In this document: positions 1-12,939 of the stretch, piece after piece
Position numbering within the stretch: position 1 is the first letter of the stretch
Layout of the letters: each line of letters begins with the position of its first letter
Assembly: GCA_035084275.1 (NCBI GenBank)
Contig: CM068755.1
Span: 12,524,001 to 12,588,000, forward strand
DNA length: 64,000 bases
DNA from: Hydrolagus colliei
Lineage: Eukaryota
Direction of reading: 5' to 3'
Program-made: the position numbers and the translations under genes
Notes under the pieces: model-generated
What the model was told of the DNA's origin: nothing
Databases searched by the model: none
The model's input: only the letters and a program-made list of their open reading frames with translations

Positions 1-3000
1 TAATTCTGTTATTTCAAAAGAAGAGAACACTCTGTGAACTGCTTAATGTCGCAATCTAATAACTCTGCTTTCAAATAAATGTGGTGGGGGAGCTGAGCGG
101 TGTCAGAAGTAAAAAGGATTGCTGTTGAATGTTAGCAACCTTTGAAACTTGTGTCCCAGATGGTAATACAGCACACAGTAAAGAAGTCAAGATGACAGAG
201 CGTTGACAGGAATGCAGTGATTCTAGTTTTCACCCCTCAAGACGGAATAAAGGACATCATTTCATCTCAGAGTGACACTGTAATGAATTTCGCAACACCT
301 GAACTTTTCTGGCAAAGGGAACCTTTGACACCACAAGCTATTTTGTGTCAGTAATAATAGGATTTGGCATCACCCTGATTTGATGGTATAGTCATCTTCC
401 TGTGACTAACATGTTGACACCGGTTCATCTCACTTCTCTTTAATGACATAAAGCTGCAGGTGCTATATAGCTGCAGTGACTTTTATTTTCAAAAACTCTG
501 CAAATATGTCAGTCTGGCTAAATTGTCTTTATCTGACTATTGCGATAAGTAGTATGTATTGTTAAGGATTATGGCCTTGTTAAAACTTGGTGTCCCATTG
601 TTATCTGAAAGGGTTCACTGCTGTAATTTATCAATCTGAAGGAAGAACATATTTTACACTAGTATTATTCAAACTTTTCAGGACATATATTAATGAACTG
701 TCCTGATTCATTAGATCTACCGCAGTAAAGGCATTGACTGTGCACATCATACAGGCTACTTATTGAATCTTTAAAAACATATTAGAATGCAATTTCTGTG
801 TGTATGTGTGTCTCTCTCTATCTCTTCAGTGTTGTGCTGAATAATTGCACTACCATTGAATCGTAACAAAAACTGTTCCACTTAGAGTTTATACATCAAA
901 ATAGAGTCGATGCGGGAAGCATAGGAACAAAGTTGTTCGATTAATTCAGCTGCCTCCATCTCTTACTTTATGGATCACCTGATTCATTCCAAGTTATTGC
1001 TAGTCTTAAATTCCTCCACATGCAGTCCTGCTTTCCATATATTTTCTGCCTCCAGCTGCTTTGCTCCCCAATGTGTATTCTCCTGTGTTTCACTGGTGTT
1101 TCTTTTGTGTTCATTTCTCTCGCACAGAAGATTCCCTCTTTCTTGTGCAGGCTCCTTTTCAGACTGACATTTAAACACAAACAATTGTTATTCACTCCTC
1201 AAAGGAGACCCCCCTCGCTCTCTTTGCTGACCAATTAAATGCCAGCTGGGCTTAGTAGACAACTAGGGAGAGAGGCTCCTTCGTAAAATAAATCAAGGGC
1301 TGGCAGAACTGCATGCTTTAAAATCTATTAATATTTATCAGAGTTTTTAAAAAATCAAATTGTATTTTCTCTAGATGGTTGGTACAAAAGTTTAAGAAGT
1401 GTGCTAAAAAAATTTGAGGGAATAATAGAAAGTGTTTAAAGAACTACTACAGGTTTTAAAACTGTGTTGTTAACAAATGGTCCAATCCAACAATTTATTT
1501 AGAAAGCATTTGCTGAATTGTTAACTAAACAGTTAGTAAGATTTGCACAGAACAGTTCCTTTCAATTTCCTATGCCTTTTGTAGGTTACAATATTAAATA
1601 ATTTATAACTCATGGTATTGTTTGCAAGCAAAGCGAGTTTCTATCAAGTTTTTTTTTCTTCTGTGAAACTAATAGGGTAAAGTCAAAAGGATTGGTCTTT
1701 CTCAAAAATAGTGCTCATTTTTTGTTGAAGAGATGAATTCTATAATCAGTGTAATGAATTGTAATGAATAATAATTAAAGAGCAAATGATTTGGCTTCTT
1801 AAAGAGACTGCTAATTCACACATGGGTGTAACAAAGTGGTATTGTCAGTCTGGACAATTTAACTTTGTAGTAAGTTTAAGACAGTGATTACAGCTGTACA
1901 CAATTAAATTGTTTGTGGTATTTTTCATTCCTTAAGTGGTTAAACTATTTAATGTTTTCCTCTCGCACGCCCTCACTAAATGCCTACTGTTACTGACCAC
2001 TTCTGTATCCACTTGCATTACTTTCAGTGTACTTCACCATTTCCTCATTTATCTAGCTGTTGCTGCTTTTTGCCATTATCCCATCCCAGAGTTACTTACG
2101 GAATGGCTTTCTTTAAAGCTCCTCAACATCTTCTGAATCAGACAAAGCATGCAGGCAAAGAAGAACAGATTTGTCAATTTCTAGTATGTAGAGTACCATT
2201 CAGGAACACAGGCAGACCCATTCCCTACAATGAAAGGGTTTCATTACTTTGTAGATAATGTGAAACTTGTTTGAAGACTAAAGCAGATGAAAGTGAATGT
2301 CATAACGATTCATTTTTCTAGTTGATTTCTAATAAATTCTATTAAGAAATGCAGAGATAACACAGCTTCGTAGTTGCAAAGTGCTGTTAATTATGAAATA
2401 TGCAGCAAGATAATTTTTAACAAATGTCACAAATGGGCTTTCAAATAACATTTTGATTACTGTCCTTCTGCAAATGTTTGAATTTTAATTTTCATTGTGT
2501 CTTATTGCAGTATATTTTCTTTTCATTCAAAGTTATTTCTGACGCTATAAACCAACGTGGTGATGTGGATTAATCTATGCATCTTTTGATCCTTTTAATG
2601 TGAATTGAGAGGTTAGCCCTGAGTTAATCAAAATGGCAGCTAGCCTAACATACCTTCCCCTGAACTAACACAGTCCTAATGACAGCTGTGCTCTAGCTGG
2701 GTAAGTTCTTTTATTTCCCTTGTTCAGTGCCAGAGATCCGTGAATCTTCTGCACTTTATGTATTTAACCATGGTCAGGTTTGTTTCATTATTTGCTTATT
2801 GTTACAGGCTCCCTTGGTGTTACCCCTATTCAGAGGTAGAGCTTGTGTGTTCAATCGAGGTTAACCTTTTTAAGTGAGGCGATCGACCACCTGCATACTC
2901 TGCCCAAGGCTGTGACATGCGTTGAGCTGATCAGTACACCTACTTACACATATTAGCAGCACTTACAGTTACTACCACTGGAGGTTCTCCTTCAATTTTA

Positions 3001-3673
3001 GGTTTGTTTGAACATTTTCAAAACTTTTCACATTTTTGTCCACTCACTATTATAGAAATAGTACCTCACCACTGGTGCATTTAGCAAGTTAAATAAACTT
3101 AACATAGTTATTGAATGCCTGCAGTGTGTAAGCCAGGTGACAGTGAGAACTATCAGATTTAGCAGAAAGTCTTTGATTTAAAAAAAAATCATAATGCTTT
3201 TCCTGTTTTTCTTTCAGTCATGGCCTTTTGGATCTAATTATTCTCCTTATTTGAATCACTTTCTCCACAATTCATATCTATTCTTAGCCTTTCCCTTCTG
3301 TCCACTTGTCACTGATTCCGTTTTTCCAGTTTCTATCTCACCAACGGGCCTTTATGTTCCAATTTGCTTTTCCTCGCTCCTCTTCCAGAAGTGTGCTTGG
3401 TGCTGTATCTTTCCTATTGCACTTTTGTATTCTTTTTCTTCCGTCTTTCTATCCAGGCATCAAGATAGCTCGGATCAAAGTGATAGGCAACATGTGTAAT
3501 GACAGGTAGCAGTTTAGTTTACTCTTTTGGGACACACTTTTACAGCACGATACTCAAAAGCACTCTCAGGGATGTCTTTAAGAACTATTGAGTAAAAAGC
3601 TATCTCAAGTGGGTTATAGAAGGTCTAAGCTTCCTCTGAGCTCCATGCATAACCTATGAGTATAATGATATTA

Positions 3674-3876
3674 ACAACAATAATAATCCTTGTATTTGAA
3701 ATAATGCTTTTCACGTCTCAAATTGCTTCACACAATATACTATCAAGTGAATTAACTGTATATATTTGGGTGAAACTTGGGCAGCCAATTGCACACAGCA
3801 GTGTCCCACAAACAATCATGGATTGAAAGGACCAACTTAGTATTGTTCTTTTTGAGAGATTATTATGATGGTGGAG
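3674..3876 (-). mobile_element. tRNA-derived SINE, 3' two-thirds (same family as 16868-17168 and 50561-50810)
   Basis: The reverse complement ends ...GACGTGAAAAGCATTATTTCAAATACAAGGATTATTATTGTT. The body (CAATCCATGATTGTTTGTGGGACACTGCTGTGTGCAATTGGCTGCC) aligns by eye to the copy at 16990-17165. Confidence 0.85.
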
Positions 3877-3960
3877 GGTCAAGTGCTCGAAAGAGGAGAA
3901 ACAGCCAGAAAAATATAGGGATAGATTAAGGGACATTGGGAGATGAGGGCCACCCCACCG

Positions 3961-4500
3961 CAGCATGGAAACCTCCAATCAGGTTTCGGTGCTGCTCACC
4001 ACACGGAAACAGCCCTTTCAAAGTCACCAATGACATTCTGAACATCTGCGACCAGGGCCCTCTCTGCCTCCCAACCTCTCTACTGCCTTCAACATTGCCC
4101 TTGCCTGGTTCCCTTGCCTACCTTTCCCACCATCTCCACTTTGTGACCACTAATGGCGTCTCCTCCAGACTCTGTACAATAATATGTGGCCTCTCTCAGG
4201 GCTCTGTCCTTGACCCTTTCCTTATCAATATCTATTGGTGACATCATCCGCACACATGGGGTCAACTTCCACTTGTATGCTGATGACACCCAACTCTATC
4301 TCCATTCTCAATTCCAGGACTACTGCTGCCTCACAAAGTGCCCTCATCAAGTCCTGGATGAGAACCAATTTCCAACAAGGGCAAGGGTCCTCTGCTTCTC
4401 ACATAGCCAATACAGAACCTCAACATCCTGTTCGACCCTCAACTGTCCTTCATACCCCACATTCATGTCATGGCTTTTCCACAATGCCACAACCTCGCTG
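3961..4500 (+). mobile_element. Decayed L2-clade LINE ORF2 reverse-transcriptase fragment
   Basis: Frameshifted frames give QSGF..HHTETAL, KVTNDIL..CDQG, GLSQGSVLDPFLINIY and GDIIRTHGVNFHLYADDTQLYL. YADD in an HLYADDTQLY context is typical of L2 RT. Confidence 0.92.
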
Positions 4501-5450
4501 TCACACATTTTGAACTGCAATTGCTCTATTGTTTTGCTGTTATCTATTTTTCCATTATCCTCTTATAATATCCGTGTCAATTTAACTGGTGACATTGTGA
4601 ATAAATTCCATTTGTTCCTAAGATACAGTTACTGCACTTGCCAAGCTTTAAGGAGTTTAAACAGTCAATAAAATTCTGAAAGTCAAGTCCCGTGAAACTA
4701 TGCTTTGAAGTTGTACCTTCCCAATTCATCCCAGTGCTGGTTGAGGTATTCTTACGGCTTTCTCTGCAGTCATTTTAAGAGCTCCACCCTGTCTCGTGCA
4801 GCTACTTTTTGCGGAATTGGCCTGTACTGAAAAGTAAATGGACAATCTGTGTTGAAAAGTGGTGGTCTGATTACACTATGGTGATTTTTGGAAACACTAT
4901 GGGATGAAAATTGCGACGTGTGATGTATTAATTAAAAGCTACAGTGTTAATTAACACATTGTTGAAAAAGCGACCAGTTGATGTGTTAATTGTCGACTGG
5001 TCCTTGGGTGAGCTGGAGGTGCTTCAGTCTACCCGCCCACCTCCCCCATTTACCAATCACAACAGTTGCATCCAGAAGCAGCCCAGGCTACATGTTCGGC
5101 TCCAGAATGGGGAGAACAGAGAAAACTACTGTCTAATGTAAAATATTTACACACTGGGTTAAATGGGTGTCTGGAATTGGAGATATCAGATTGCAAAATT
5201 CATGGCAGGCAAATGATGAATTCCAAATAAGCAAAATGTGGCTGATATCTCACACTTCAGCCTAGATTTAGACTATGGCAATGTAAGATTTTGGTTCAAC
5301 ATGGTTCATCTGGAAATCTGAATTAATGCAATGGCTCTGATTTGTGAATATTACAAATTATTGCAAACCTGCCCTAAAAGGTATATTCAAAGCTACATTG
5401 ACACAACAACAGCAGGATAGCTATGAGATTTGGGGAAATTCACAGGGCTG

Positions 5451-5525
5451 CAATAACAACAACAGCAACAACAAATTACATTTGAATAATTCCTTTCACG
5501 CCAGGAGGATGTGCCAAGATGCTGC
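5451..5525 (-). mobile_element. Tail-only LINE/SINE 3' end with (TTG)n tail
   Basis: The reverse complement reads CATCTTGGCACATCCTCCTGGCGTGAAAGGAATTATTCAAATGTAATTTG(TTG)n, matching the tails at 21364 and 31380. Confidence 0.7.
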
Positions 5526-5729
5526 ATTTAGTTTAACTTGAATAAGAAGTAGAGTTAGAATCCATATGGGTGTAAAACATAAACAAGTCTCAACCACAAC
5601 TAGAGATTCAAAATTATATTTGTTCCCATATAGTATTGGTAATTAATGTGGACAAAAAAATCAGTTTATGATCTCCAATCAAACCAATATGATTACGATG
5701 GTACCAGGAATGAATGAATTAAGCTATCA

Positions 5730-6005
5730 AGTAAGGGTAGACAGTTAAATATAGGATAGTCAGTAGAATATCTAAAACAGAGTTTAGGAGGGATGTTTTG
5801 ATGCAGAGAATGGTGGGAATATGGAAGTGACTGGCAGAAGCAAAAGGCATCAACATGTTTAAGAGGAAATTTGCATCACACGTGACGGAGGAGGCAATAA
5901 ACTGCTATAGGAGAGAGGATTGGGATGGGTGTTAACTATAGAATGTATATTGTTACAGACCTGTTGGGCGCTATAAACTATACAATTCCATGTAATTCTG
6001 CGATT
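5730..6005 (+). mobile_element. CR1-clade LINE 3' end (degenerate)
   Basis: Translates as RRDVLMQRMVGIWK...AEAKGINMFKRK, resembling the CR1 ORF2 C-terminal RR.FFTQRVV..WN.L...VVEA....FK motif. It is followed by a CR1-like tail (ATTCCATGTAATTCTG). Confidence 0.6.
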
Positions 6006-7314
6006 TAGGGACAAATGTGGACTGTCATACACAAATACTGCACCTGCCAAGCCTGTGAGGACTATTTGTTTCCTTCCTTATTTTCTTAAGCTTACCATCT
6101 CTTATGTTCTTATACATCAAAGCCATACATAAAGGGAGTACTTGGTTGCCTGCTCCTTGCTCATATGTCAACGGTTTGTGAACCCGCTACTGATGATGTG
6201 CATAGTTGGCACAGGCTGGCATACCTTCCAATTTTCTCTGAAGGAATTGCCTCTGTTCTCTGCCTGATAATCCAGCTGAGAATTCAGCCTCACTGTGTGG
6301 GAAATTGGGTGAAAGAACCCATAACACATGTTTACCCAGCTTTTCAAAGCAATAAATCCATAGCACTGCCTGAATAATTGGGTCGAAGTATTGATGAAAT
6401 TTATGCAGATAGAGTAAAAAAAATTATGAATGCTTTATTCCAACCACAGTTTGGCAGTTCTTTGGTCACAAATACACACATATATCACATAAATAAAAGT
6501 ATCTATTCTGGAAGAGACTGCACTCTTATTTCCTCCAAATACTTTTACCTTCAAATAATGATGGCTGTAGGTCCTCCTGAAATTCTCAATGCCTCTCTTT
6601 TTATTACCAGTGATTTTGTCTGAAGCAAAAATGTCTCGATTTAGGTGTCTTGCTGCTTTGGCCTCCTCCCCTACCGTGGTAATAAGGATGGGCTACCTGC
6701 TGTGACCTGAAGAATGCCACTTCACGGCCACTGCATTGCAAGCGGCTTTTATTTATGGAGCTCAGAAAATGAATGGGTATTAGTGTCCAAATATTTCAGC
6801 ATGCTCTTGCAACTACACACAAAAGCATAGATTTACTGCAAATCTGCACTTTTGTGCCGGCATTCACCAGCACAAGCACAAAAGGTGGCAAATCGCTGAT
6901 AACCGTTGAAAGCCTTCGATGGAGATCTACTTTTCAACTATTGCGAATTAGGTGTCTCTTAAATAAAACACTGATTTCTATATAACTCTTTCAGTGCTGA
7001 CTTGTTTTGGACAGGGTAGACTTAACAATGGGTAAAATTAGACACAGTAACTTTAACAACTGTGGCTTTTACTGTAGCAATTTGTAGGTAGCTTTCCTTG
7101 GAGTTAATAGTTAAGAAATTATTTAAATACTTTTATTCTTTAAAATACTGGTATTTTCAAATAATACCTTAAAAATAATATGTGTTTCCATGAGAAGCAA
7201 CTAAAACAGATTCGTGTTAAATGAATTTCAATTTCAGGAGTATGTGATTGTCAATAGCAATCTACAATACCATGATCACCCCCAGTACCACCATACACAA
7301 CATTTTATTAATTC

Positions 7315-7645
7315 AAATCCCTTTATGCCCTTGCACCTCCCTACCTTATCCAATTTCCTTTACCCCCCCACTCCAACAACAGCTGTCTCCGCTGGGCTGG
7401 CTCTGGCCTTCGGCCTCCTGTTCGGCCTCCTGTTCGGCCTCCTGTTCGCCCCAAAACTCTGGAACATTCCCCTTTAATTCCTGCGCCTTGCCCCCTCCCC
7501 ATTTTAAAATCCTTTATTTTTGATTGTATGAACAATCATCTCTCCCCTCCTTCTTCCCCTTGGCTTGGTCTCAGACTCTGCCACAGTCAAGCGCTCCAGG
7601 ATGCCAGTGTGTAGGGAGCCATATAAATACAAGTTGCTGCTGTTG
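7315..7645 (+). mobile_element. L2-clade LINE 3' end
   Basis: SLYALAPPYL...AF...PKLWN motifs of the L2 ORF2 C-terminus, then a 3' UTR ending AAGCGCTCCAGGATG...CATATAAATACAAGTTGCTGCTGTTG. Confidence 0.8.
7409..7448 (+). repeat. Perfect 12-bp tandem repeat (TTCGGCCTCCTG)x3.3
   Basis: Read directly: units at 7409, 7421 and 7433, plus TTCG. Confidence 0.97.
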
Positions 7646-9489
7646 TGAAGATTGAATTCATCACCCACTGGACACATTTTAGTGGTCCACAGTCAGGATT
7701 CTCTGATTATTTACCTGGAGTTCTAGCTTCAGTGGAAAAGGTTAATTTAGTCAGATGTGTGCGAGTGAAGTCACCTGGCACTTACAGGTGTTGAGAAATA
7801 AAAGCATTCAGCGAGCAAATGTAGGTTTGTAACATTACTCTTCTGGCTCCCGATCACAGCTTTGAAAAGTCAGTTGTACATGTGCCAGATCTTAAGACTT
7901 TCTACTATTTCAGGTCAAGACTATACTTTTGAAATGATGCCAGGAATTAAAGCATTCTCTCTGACCTTACCATACTTGACCCGAGTGTTCTTTAGCACTG
8001 GGTGTACAGTGGAGAAAAATCCATTCTGCTGCACTGTCAAACTTCACCTTAATGAGCACCAACATGTTAAAAATGAACATACACTTTAAATTGCTTTGCA
8101 GTGCAGAAATGACCTTACAAAAGTGCTTAATGTAAGTTCGTCTCATTCCAATTTAAATAATGGCTGGTGCTAGTGCAATAATTAACTCTATAATCACTGC
8201 TTTGGTACTCATGCACCAAAATCCCAAACTTAAGATGTTTTTGCAAACTTTATTTGCAAATTCAAAACATTTCATGGTTGTATTCCTTTTGGGGGGATAT
8301 TTTTGCTTTGTAATATTTATTATTTTCACATTGCAAACACATTTGTTTGGAAATTAGTGTTTGAATTTATTAAGATTTGTAGTGCATAAAATCAGTGCGT
8401 TCAAGAACTATTTCTGTAAAAGAAGGATCTCAAGGGTAATGGAGAAGCAAATCAAACAATTGGACGATAACATAACCCTATGAACAAAATCTGTTATATT
8501 ACAGATATTATAGATATAAGAGACAATGTGAAAAAGATAGTGATACATGAGATTATTTGCATTTCTTTTATTTGTAGCCCTTGATTTGTGTTTAGAAGTT
8601 GCGACGTGGCTAGTTTCATCACCGTAGCTGCCCTCCAAGCTGTCTGTTTTGTGGGACTTCCTTCAGAGGCAACTCTTCTATGCAGAAGCTAACCACATCT
8701 TGAATCACAAAAACAAATTCTATAAAATTAAGTTGAAATACCAACACAATTGTGGCTTCTCTGATGGCCTTGTGAATAATGTGCATTTGAAGCATCCTTA
8801 CTGTTAATCCATTGAACACATGAAGGCAATTATGTGAAAGTGGCAAGTTAGGTCACTTGTATTTAACACAATTCTTCCACAATCAAGGACAAAAGTACAT
8901 TTATAATTCTTTGATTATTTCATGGATTGAAGTTTCTTTTAACAAACACATATTGAACCTTATTTTTTTTAAAAATAAGCATTACGTTTAGTATTGCACC
9001 TTTCATGTCAGGGGGATGTCTCAAAGCAATATACTGAACACTGCAGATTGTGTTTCATGGGCAAACATGGCAGCCAATTTGTTTTCAAAATTGAAGCTAG
9101 TATAATTAAATCTACTGAATGTTTAGAACCAGCACAGATGTATACAATCAACATTAACCATCTTATAAGTTACAGGCACAAATTCTTATTAGTGCCAATA
9201 ATTAATAATAATAAGTTTTAGATCTTCGGACAATTTGCAATAATTATTTAATTTTAATTCTGTTGCAATATTAAGATTGCAAGGTAGACTGAATTAAAAT
9301 GTTCATTTAGAAAACTGAAACCTTTACAGCACAAAAATTTCAAAAAATCTTCTGCAATATTTGTTTTTCACCTTCACACCCCGGGGATATTGTAGCTGAG
9401 CACAATTCTCTTCTTCCTTAGAATCTACGCAGGTATACTTTCAGCGGCCCTGACTGTATAGCACTTGGATTCTGTAGTGTAGCTAATTA

Positions 9490-9605
9490 TATAACCCCTA
9501 ATGCTGCCCTGGCTGAGGTCAGTAAACTCCCCACAGACCCAGATCAAATCAAGACCCTTCCTGATCACATGCCTCAGTTATCACTGGATCAACTCATTGA
9601 GCCTA
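9490..9605 (-). mobile_element. LF-SINE-like tRNA SINE 5' head
   Basis: The reverse complement GGCTCAATGAGTTGATCCAGTGATAACTGAGGCATGTGATCAGGAAGGGTCTTGATTTGATCTGGGTCTGTGGGGAGTTTACTGACCTCAGCCAGGGCAGCATTAGGGG resembles the head of the LF-SINE-related SINEs of cartilaginous fishes (from recalled consensus). Confidence 0.65.
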
Positions 9606-10170
9606 CAGTCTCAGAGAGCTTCAGAATATGTTTTATTTACTGGTGAAATAACCCACTTGTTTTATTCTGCAGTTCCCCAAATTCTTTTAAACACAGGTAT
9701 TGCAAAATCATTTAAAATACCACAAATGGGTTTCCAGTAGAAAAATGTTGCTCAATATGTCCTCTGCTAAATCTTAATCACAGTGAGCCATATTCCTAAT
9801 TTATCAACACAGGAAAGTTGTAAAACTGTCAGGGTTAAATCTGCATCAGTTTTATGTATACAACAAATCCACATATCATGACAAGTTGGACTGATGCCAG
9901 AGCATGATGAGGGCTATATGACACTGCTGTGACCCCTTGTGAGATGGGCAGAGTTGAAGTACAGTCTAATGCTAGTTGTTTGAACATACTGTTCAGTCTG
10001 TGCTATCACAACACCCAGAGTGATGATGGGTAAATTGTATAATCAACTCCCCTTTAGCCATTATTCCCTTTGAAGTGCTCAAAACTCACTTTGAAATTAA
10101 TTTCTGACTTCATGCAATTTCATTTTCGGTACATATGATTCTTATGGTAGCTGGACTCATTGAGAGACAA

Positions 10171-10189
10171 ACACACACACACACACACA
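10171..10189. repeat. (AC)n microsatellite
   Basis: Seen directly. Confidence 0.95.
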
Positions 10190-11141
10190 TATACAGATGC
10201 CATGACAGAAAGTTCTTTGTTGTTTATTAAAGGTTCGTCTCTTGCATACGCCTAATTAAAACTGGTATAAAATTTGAATTTATTAACGGGACAAGTTCAA
10301 AAGAAAGGGTTTAAAATGAAATTTGAATATTTTTGCAAACCCATAAACCTGTCCAGTTTTTCTGCAATAACGAATGTACCAGATGTGGCAGCAAAGAAGA
10401 AACATAGTCCTTTTTAAGTCTATGAATTCCTTTTGGATTCATTTTCTAAGTCATATTCATGTTCTTGCTGTGCTAAGCCTAATTTGCATCTATTATTGGT
10501 GGGAGTCTACATTAGGTTTGTCTGACGCACACTTACTGAAGATATCATTATGACATCCCGCAGTAACAAGCATTCTTCTGTTTAAATTTATATCAATTAG
10601 CTAGTAACAGTAATTCAATCTGACAGTGCAGTGGATGTTGAAAGCCTTGTGACGATGTCACAGAGACGACCTTTCTTCCTGCTTACAGCCAAAAGCCATT
10701 TTTAACAAGGAATTCTGAAAGAACTGCTACCTCAGCCATACTTTGATAATTAGTTATTGATTAGGAACAATGTAACGCGGAATATTGCTGGATTAGCTTG
10801 ACGCCAGTGGGTCGCGACATAGAGACCTTATCGCAATAATCTACTAAAATATATATCATGGTCTAACAAGGTATTGTTCTCTTCTGCCTTTGTTATCCAT
10901 TGGCTCTGAGCAGTAAAGGTCAACAATATTGTGCTTTGTGCAATAGTACTGGGAAAATGAATTGTAACTTTATTAGAAAAACGATCGGCACACTAACCAC
11001 AATTTTATCCAATAACATTTCAGTTGAAATTTGCGTTTGGCGATCATTATTCAGCAATCTGTGATGTGCCAAAAATGTAACCTTTAACTGGCTTTTTATT
11101 TAAACTGTTCTGCTGTTATTTCGTTGAACGTAAAGTACATT

Positions 11142-11178
11142 CTGTATGTTTAGAAACTGTATGTTTAGAAACATACAG
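11142..11178. repeat. 15-bp tandem duplication overlapping a 10-bp perfect inverted repeat
   Basis: CTGTATGTTTAGAAA x2 followed by CATACAG. Positions 11157-11166 pair with 11169-11178. Confidence 0.95.
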
Positions 11179-11911
11179 GAGAAGAAAATTAAAGTTTGCA
11201 TTAAACTGAGAAGCCATGCAATATTTTGTTTGCATTTCACAATGTTCTAAATTTTCCGTGCTCCTTCTCCTCGCTCCAATCCTCCTGACTAAGTATACAC
11301 CCAAATAATATCATATAATATATTTCTGCTTTTCTTTCTCTATTATTCATTATATATACATACCACATAGACCAGCAATGCTGAGTGACTCACTAAGATT
11401 CCTTTTTAAACAACCTTTATTGTTAGATTACCTGTCAATGTATGTATTTGTGTTACTCAAATGCTATTTTTAGAAATGCCTGTGTTTACATCATTACACT
11501 TATTCCTACAGTTGCTGTCCAAATTATACCTTTCCTCTGGATCATACCTTCTGAAGCTTTTGTAAAATGGTTTAATACTCAATAATATTAAAGCAAAGTA
11601 TAATTGGATAACATAGCTATAAGTATATTTACATGCTCACTGGATTATTCATTAAATAAGAGCAGATTAAATTTAGAACATGATTTAGTTGAATCCAATG
11701 GGTGAAATTTGAGTCATTTCATAATATTCAATCAGAAGTATTGCAAACTGCTGAAAATTTCACCCTCTAATAGTTTTTTTTTTCCAAAGTGATCTTCAAC
11801 ATGTTTTCTTTACATTTGTGAACATTATTAGATGTTAAAAGGTGAAACGTTGAGCCAATAAGTGTAAACCATCTTCAATGTAGTCAGGTTTCTCAGTCTG
11901 GGACTAAACAG

Positions 11912-12136
11912 TAATAATAATAATAATCCTCATATGTGATATAGTATCTTATTATGTTAGAAAGGGGTGTGATTATGTGGGTGAAGAGGACAGGCAATTT
12001 GTTCATAGCAATGTCCCATAAACCTCTTTAGAGTGAGTGACCAATTTTATCTGGGGAATTGTTGGCCAGGATACCAGGAGAAACTCCCTTCTCTTTTCGA
12101 CTAGCGACATGAGATTTGTAACGTCCACTTGGACAG
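11912..12136 (-). mobile_element. DeuSINE (SacSINE1-like), 3' half
   Basis: The reverse complement has the Deu-domain end (GTGGACGTTACAAATCTCATGTCGCTAGTCGAAAAGAGAAGGGAGTTTCTCCTGGTATCCTGGCCAAC) and a GGA(TTA)n tail. Confidence 0.75.
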
Positions 12137-12459
12137 AATAACTGTAATACACAACCTCATGGAATGATGTAAATGTTGAAGGTTTATATATAGTGTTGAT
12201 GTATATATTATATTATATGTAATATAATAATATTAATATAAATTCTTACTTTAAGCTCCCAATCATAGACTTATAGAGATTCTAACCAATATTGATGGTA
12301 TTGGGTGCTGTTTTCAATATTTTGAATATTTAACCAAATATCTATGGATAGATACTTACTATGTTTTCACCCCATTAATATTTTTATTGCAAATTCATGT
12401 CGTAAAATAATATCTGCATTGTAAAATCTGATGAAAAGGAACACACATTGGCATAGTGG

Positions 12460-12686
12460 TCTTCTTTCAAATAGTGCCACAGGATCTTTAATATCCACAG
12501 GAGCAGGGAAACCGGATCTTAAATTAACTTTCCCATCTGAAGGATGGTGCCCCCTGCGGTGTAACCCTCCGTTAGCACTGCACTGGAATGTCAGCCTAAA
12601 TTAGGAGCTCAAGTTCTGTGGTAGGGCTGGAACCTGCAACCTTATGACCTAAAGGCGAGCGTGCTATCAACCGACCCAAACTGACA
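12460..12686 (-). mobile_element. DeuSINE (SacSINE1-like), tRNA head plus Deu domain
   Basis: The reverse complement has a tRNA-like head (GGTTGATAGCACGCTCGCC...GGTTCCAGCCC), then AGGCTGACATTCCAGTGCAGTGCT...CCATCCTTCAGATG...TAAAGATCCTGTGGCACTATTTGAAAGAAG. Confidence 0.85.
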
Positions 12687-12767
12687 TAGGTGTGAGACCA
12701 AACTAATATTAAATATTAAATTGAATTCATTAATAGTGACAATTTCTGCACGCAGTGAAACTTTCTG

Positions 12768-12785
12768 TATATATATATATATATA
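12768..12785. repeat. (TA)n microsatellite
   Basis: Seen directly. Confidence 0.95.
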
Positions 12786-12939
12786 ATTATGTTTATGCCT
12801 CAAATATATCAATGTAGAGGGAGCAAACCCGAGAGGTTTGTCATTTTTGTTTTGTAACAATGACAAATGCATACTTGATTTCACCCTGTACAAAGATTGT
12901 GCAAACCAGTGAAAACAACATTTGTGTATAGTTGTACCA

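Noticed and set aside
2640-2960. Additional LF-SINE-like remnants (also ~18115-18290, 25860-26260, 39090-39230, 52570-52720, 58160-58215)
   Set aside because: Similarity is too patchy to support by eye; it needs a profile-HMM search.
7409-7448. CRISPR-like array
   Set aside because: The 12-bp units are contiguous with no spacers, there are no cas genes, and the context is vertebrate.
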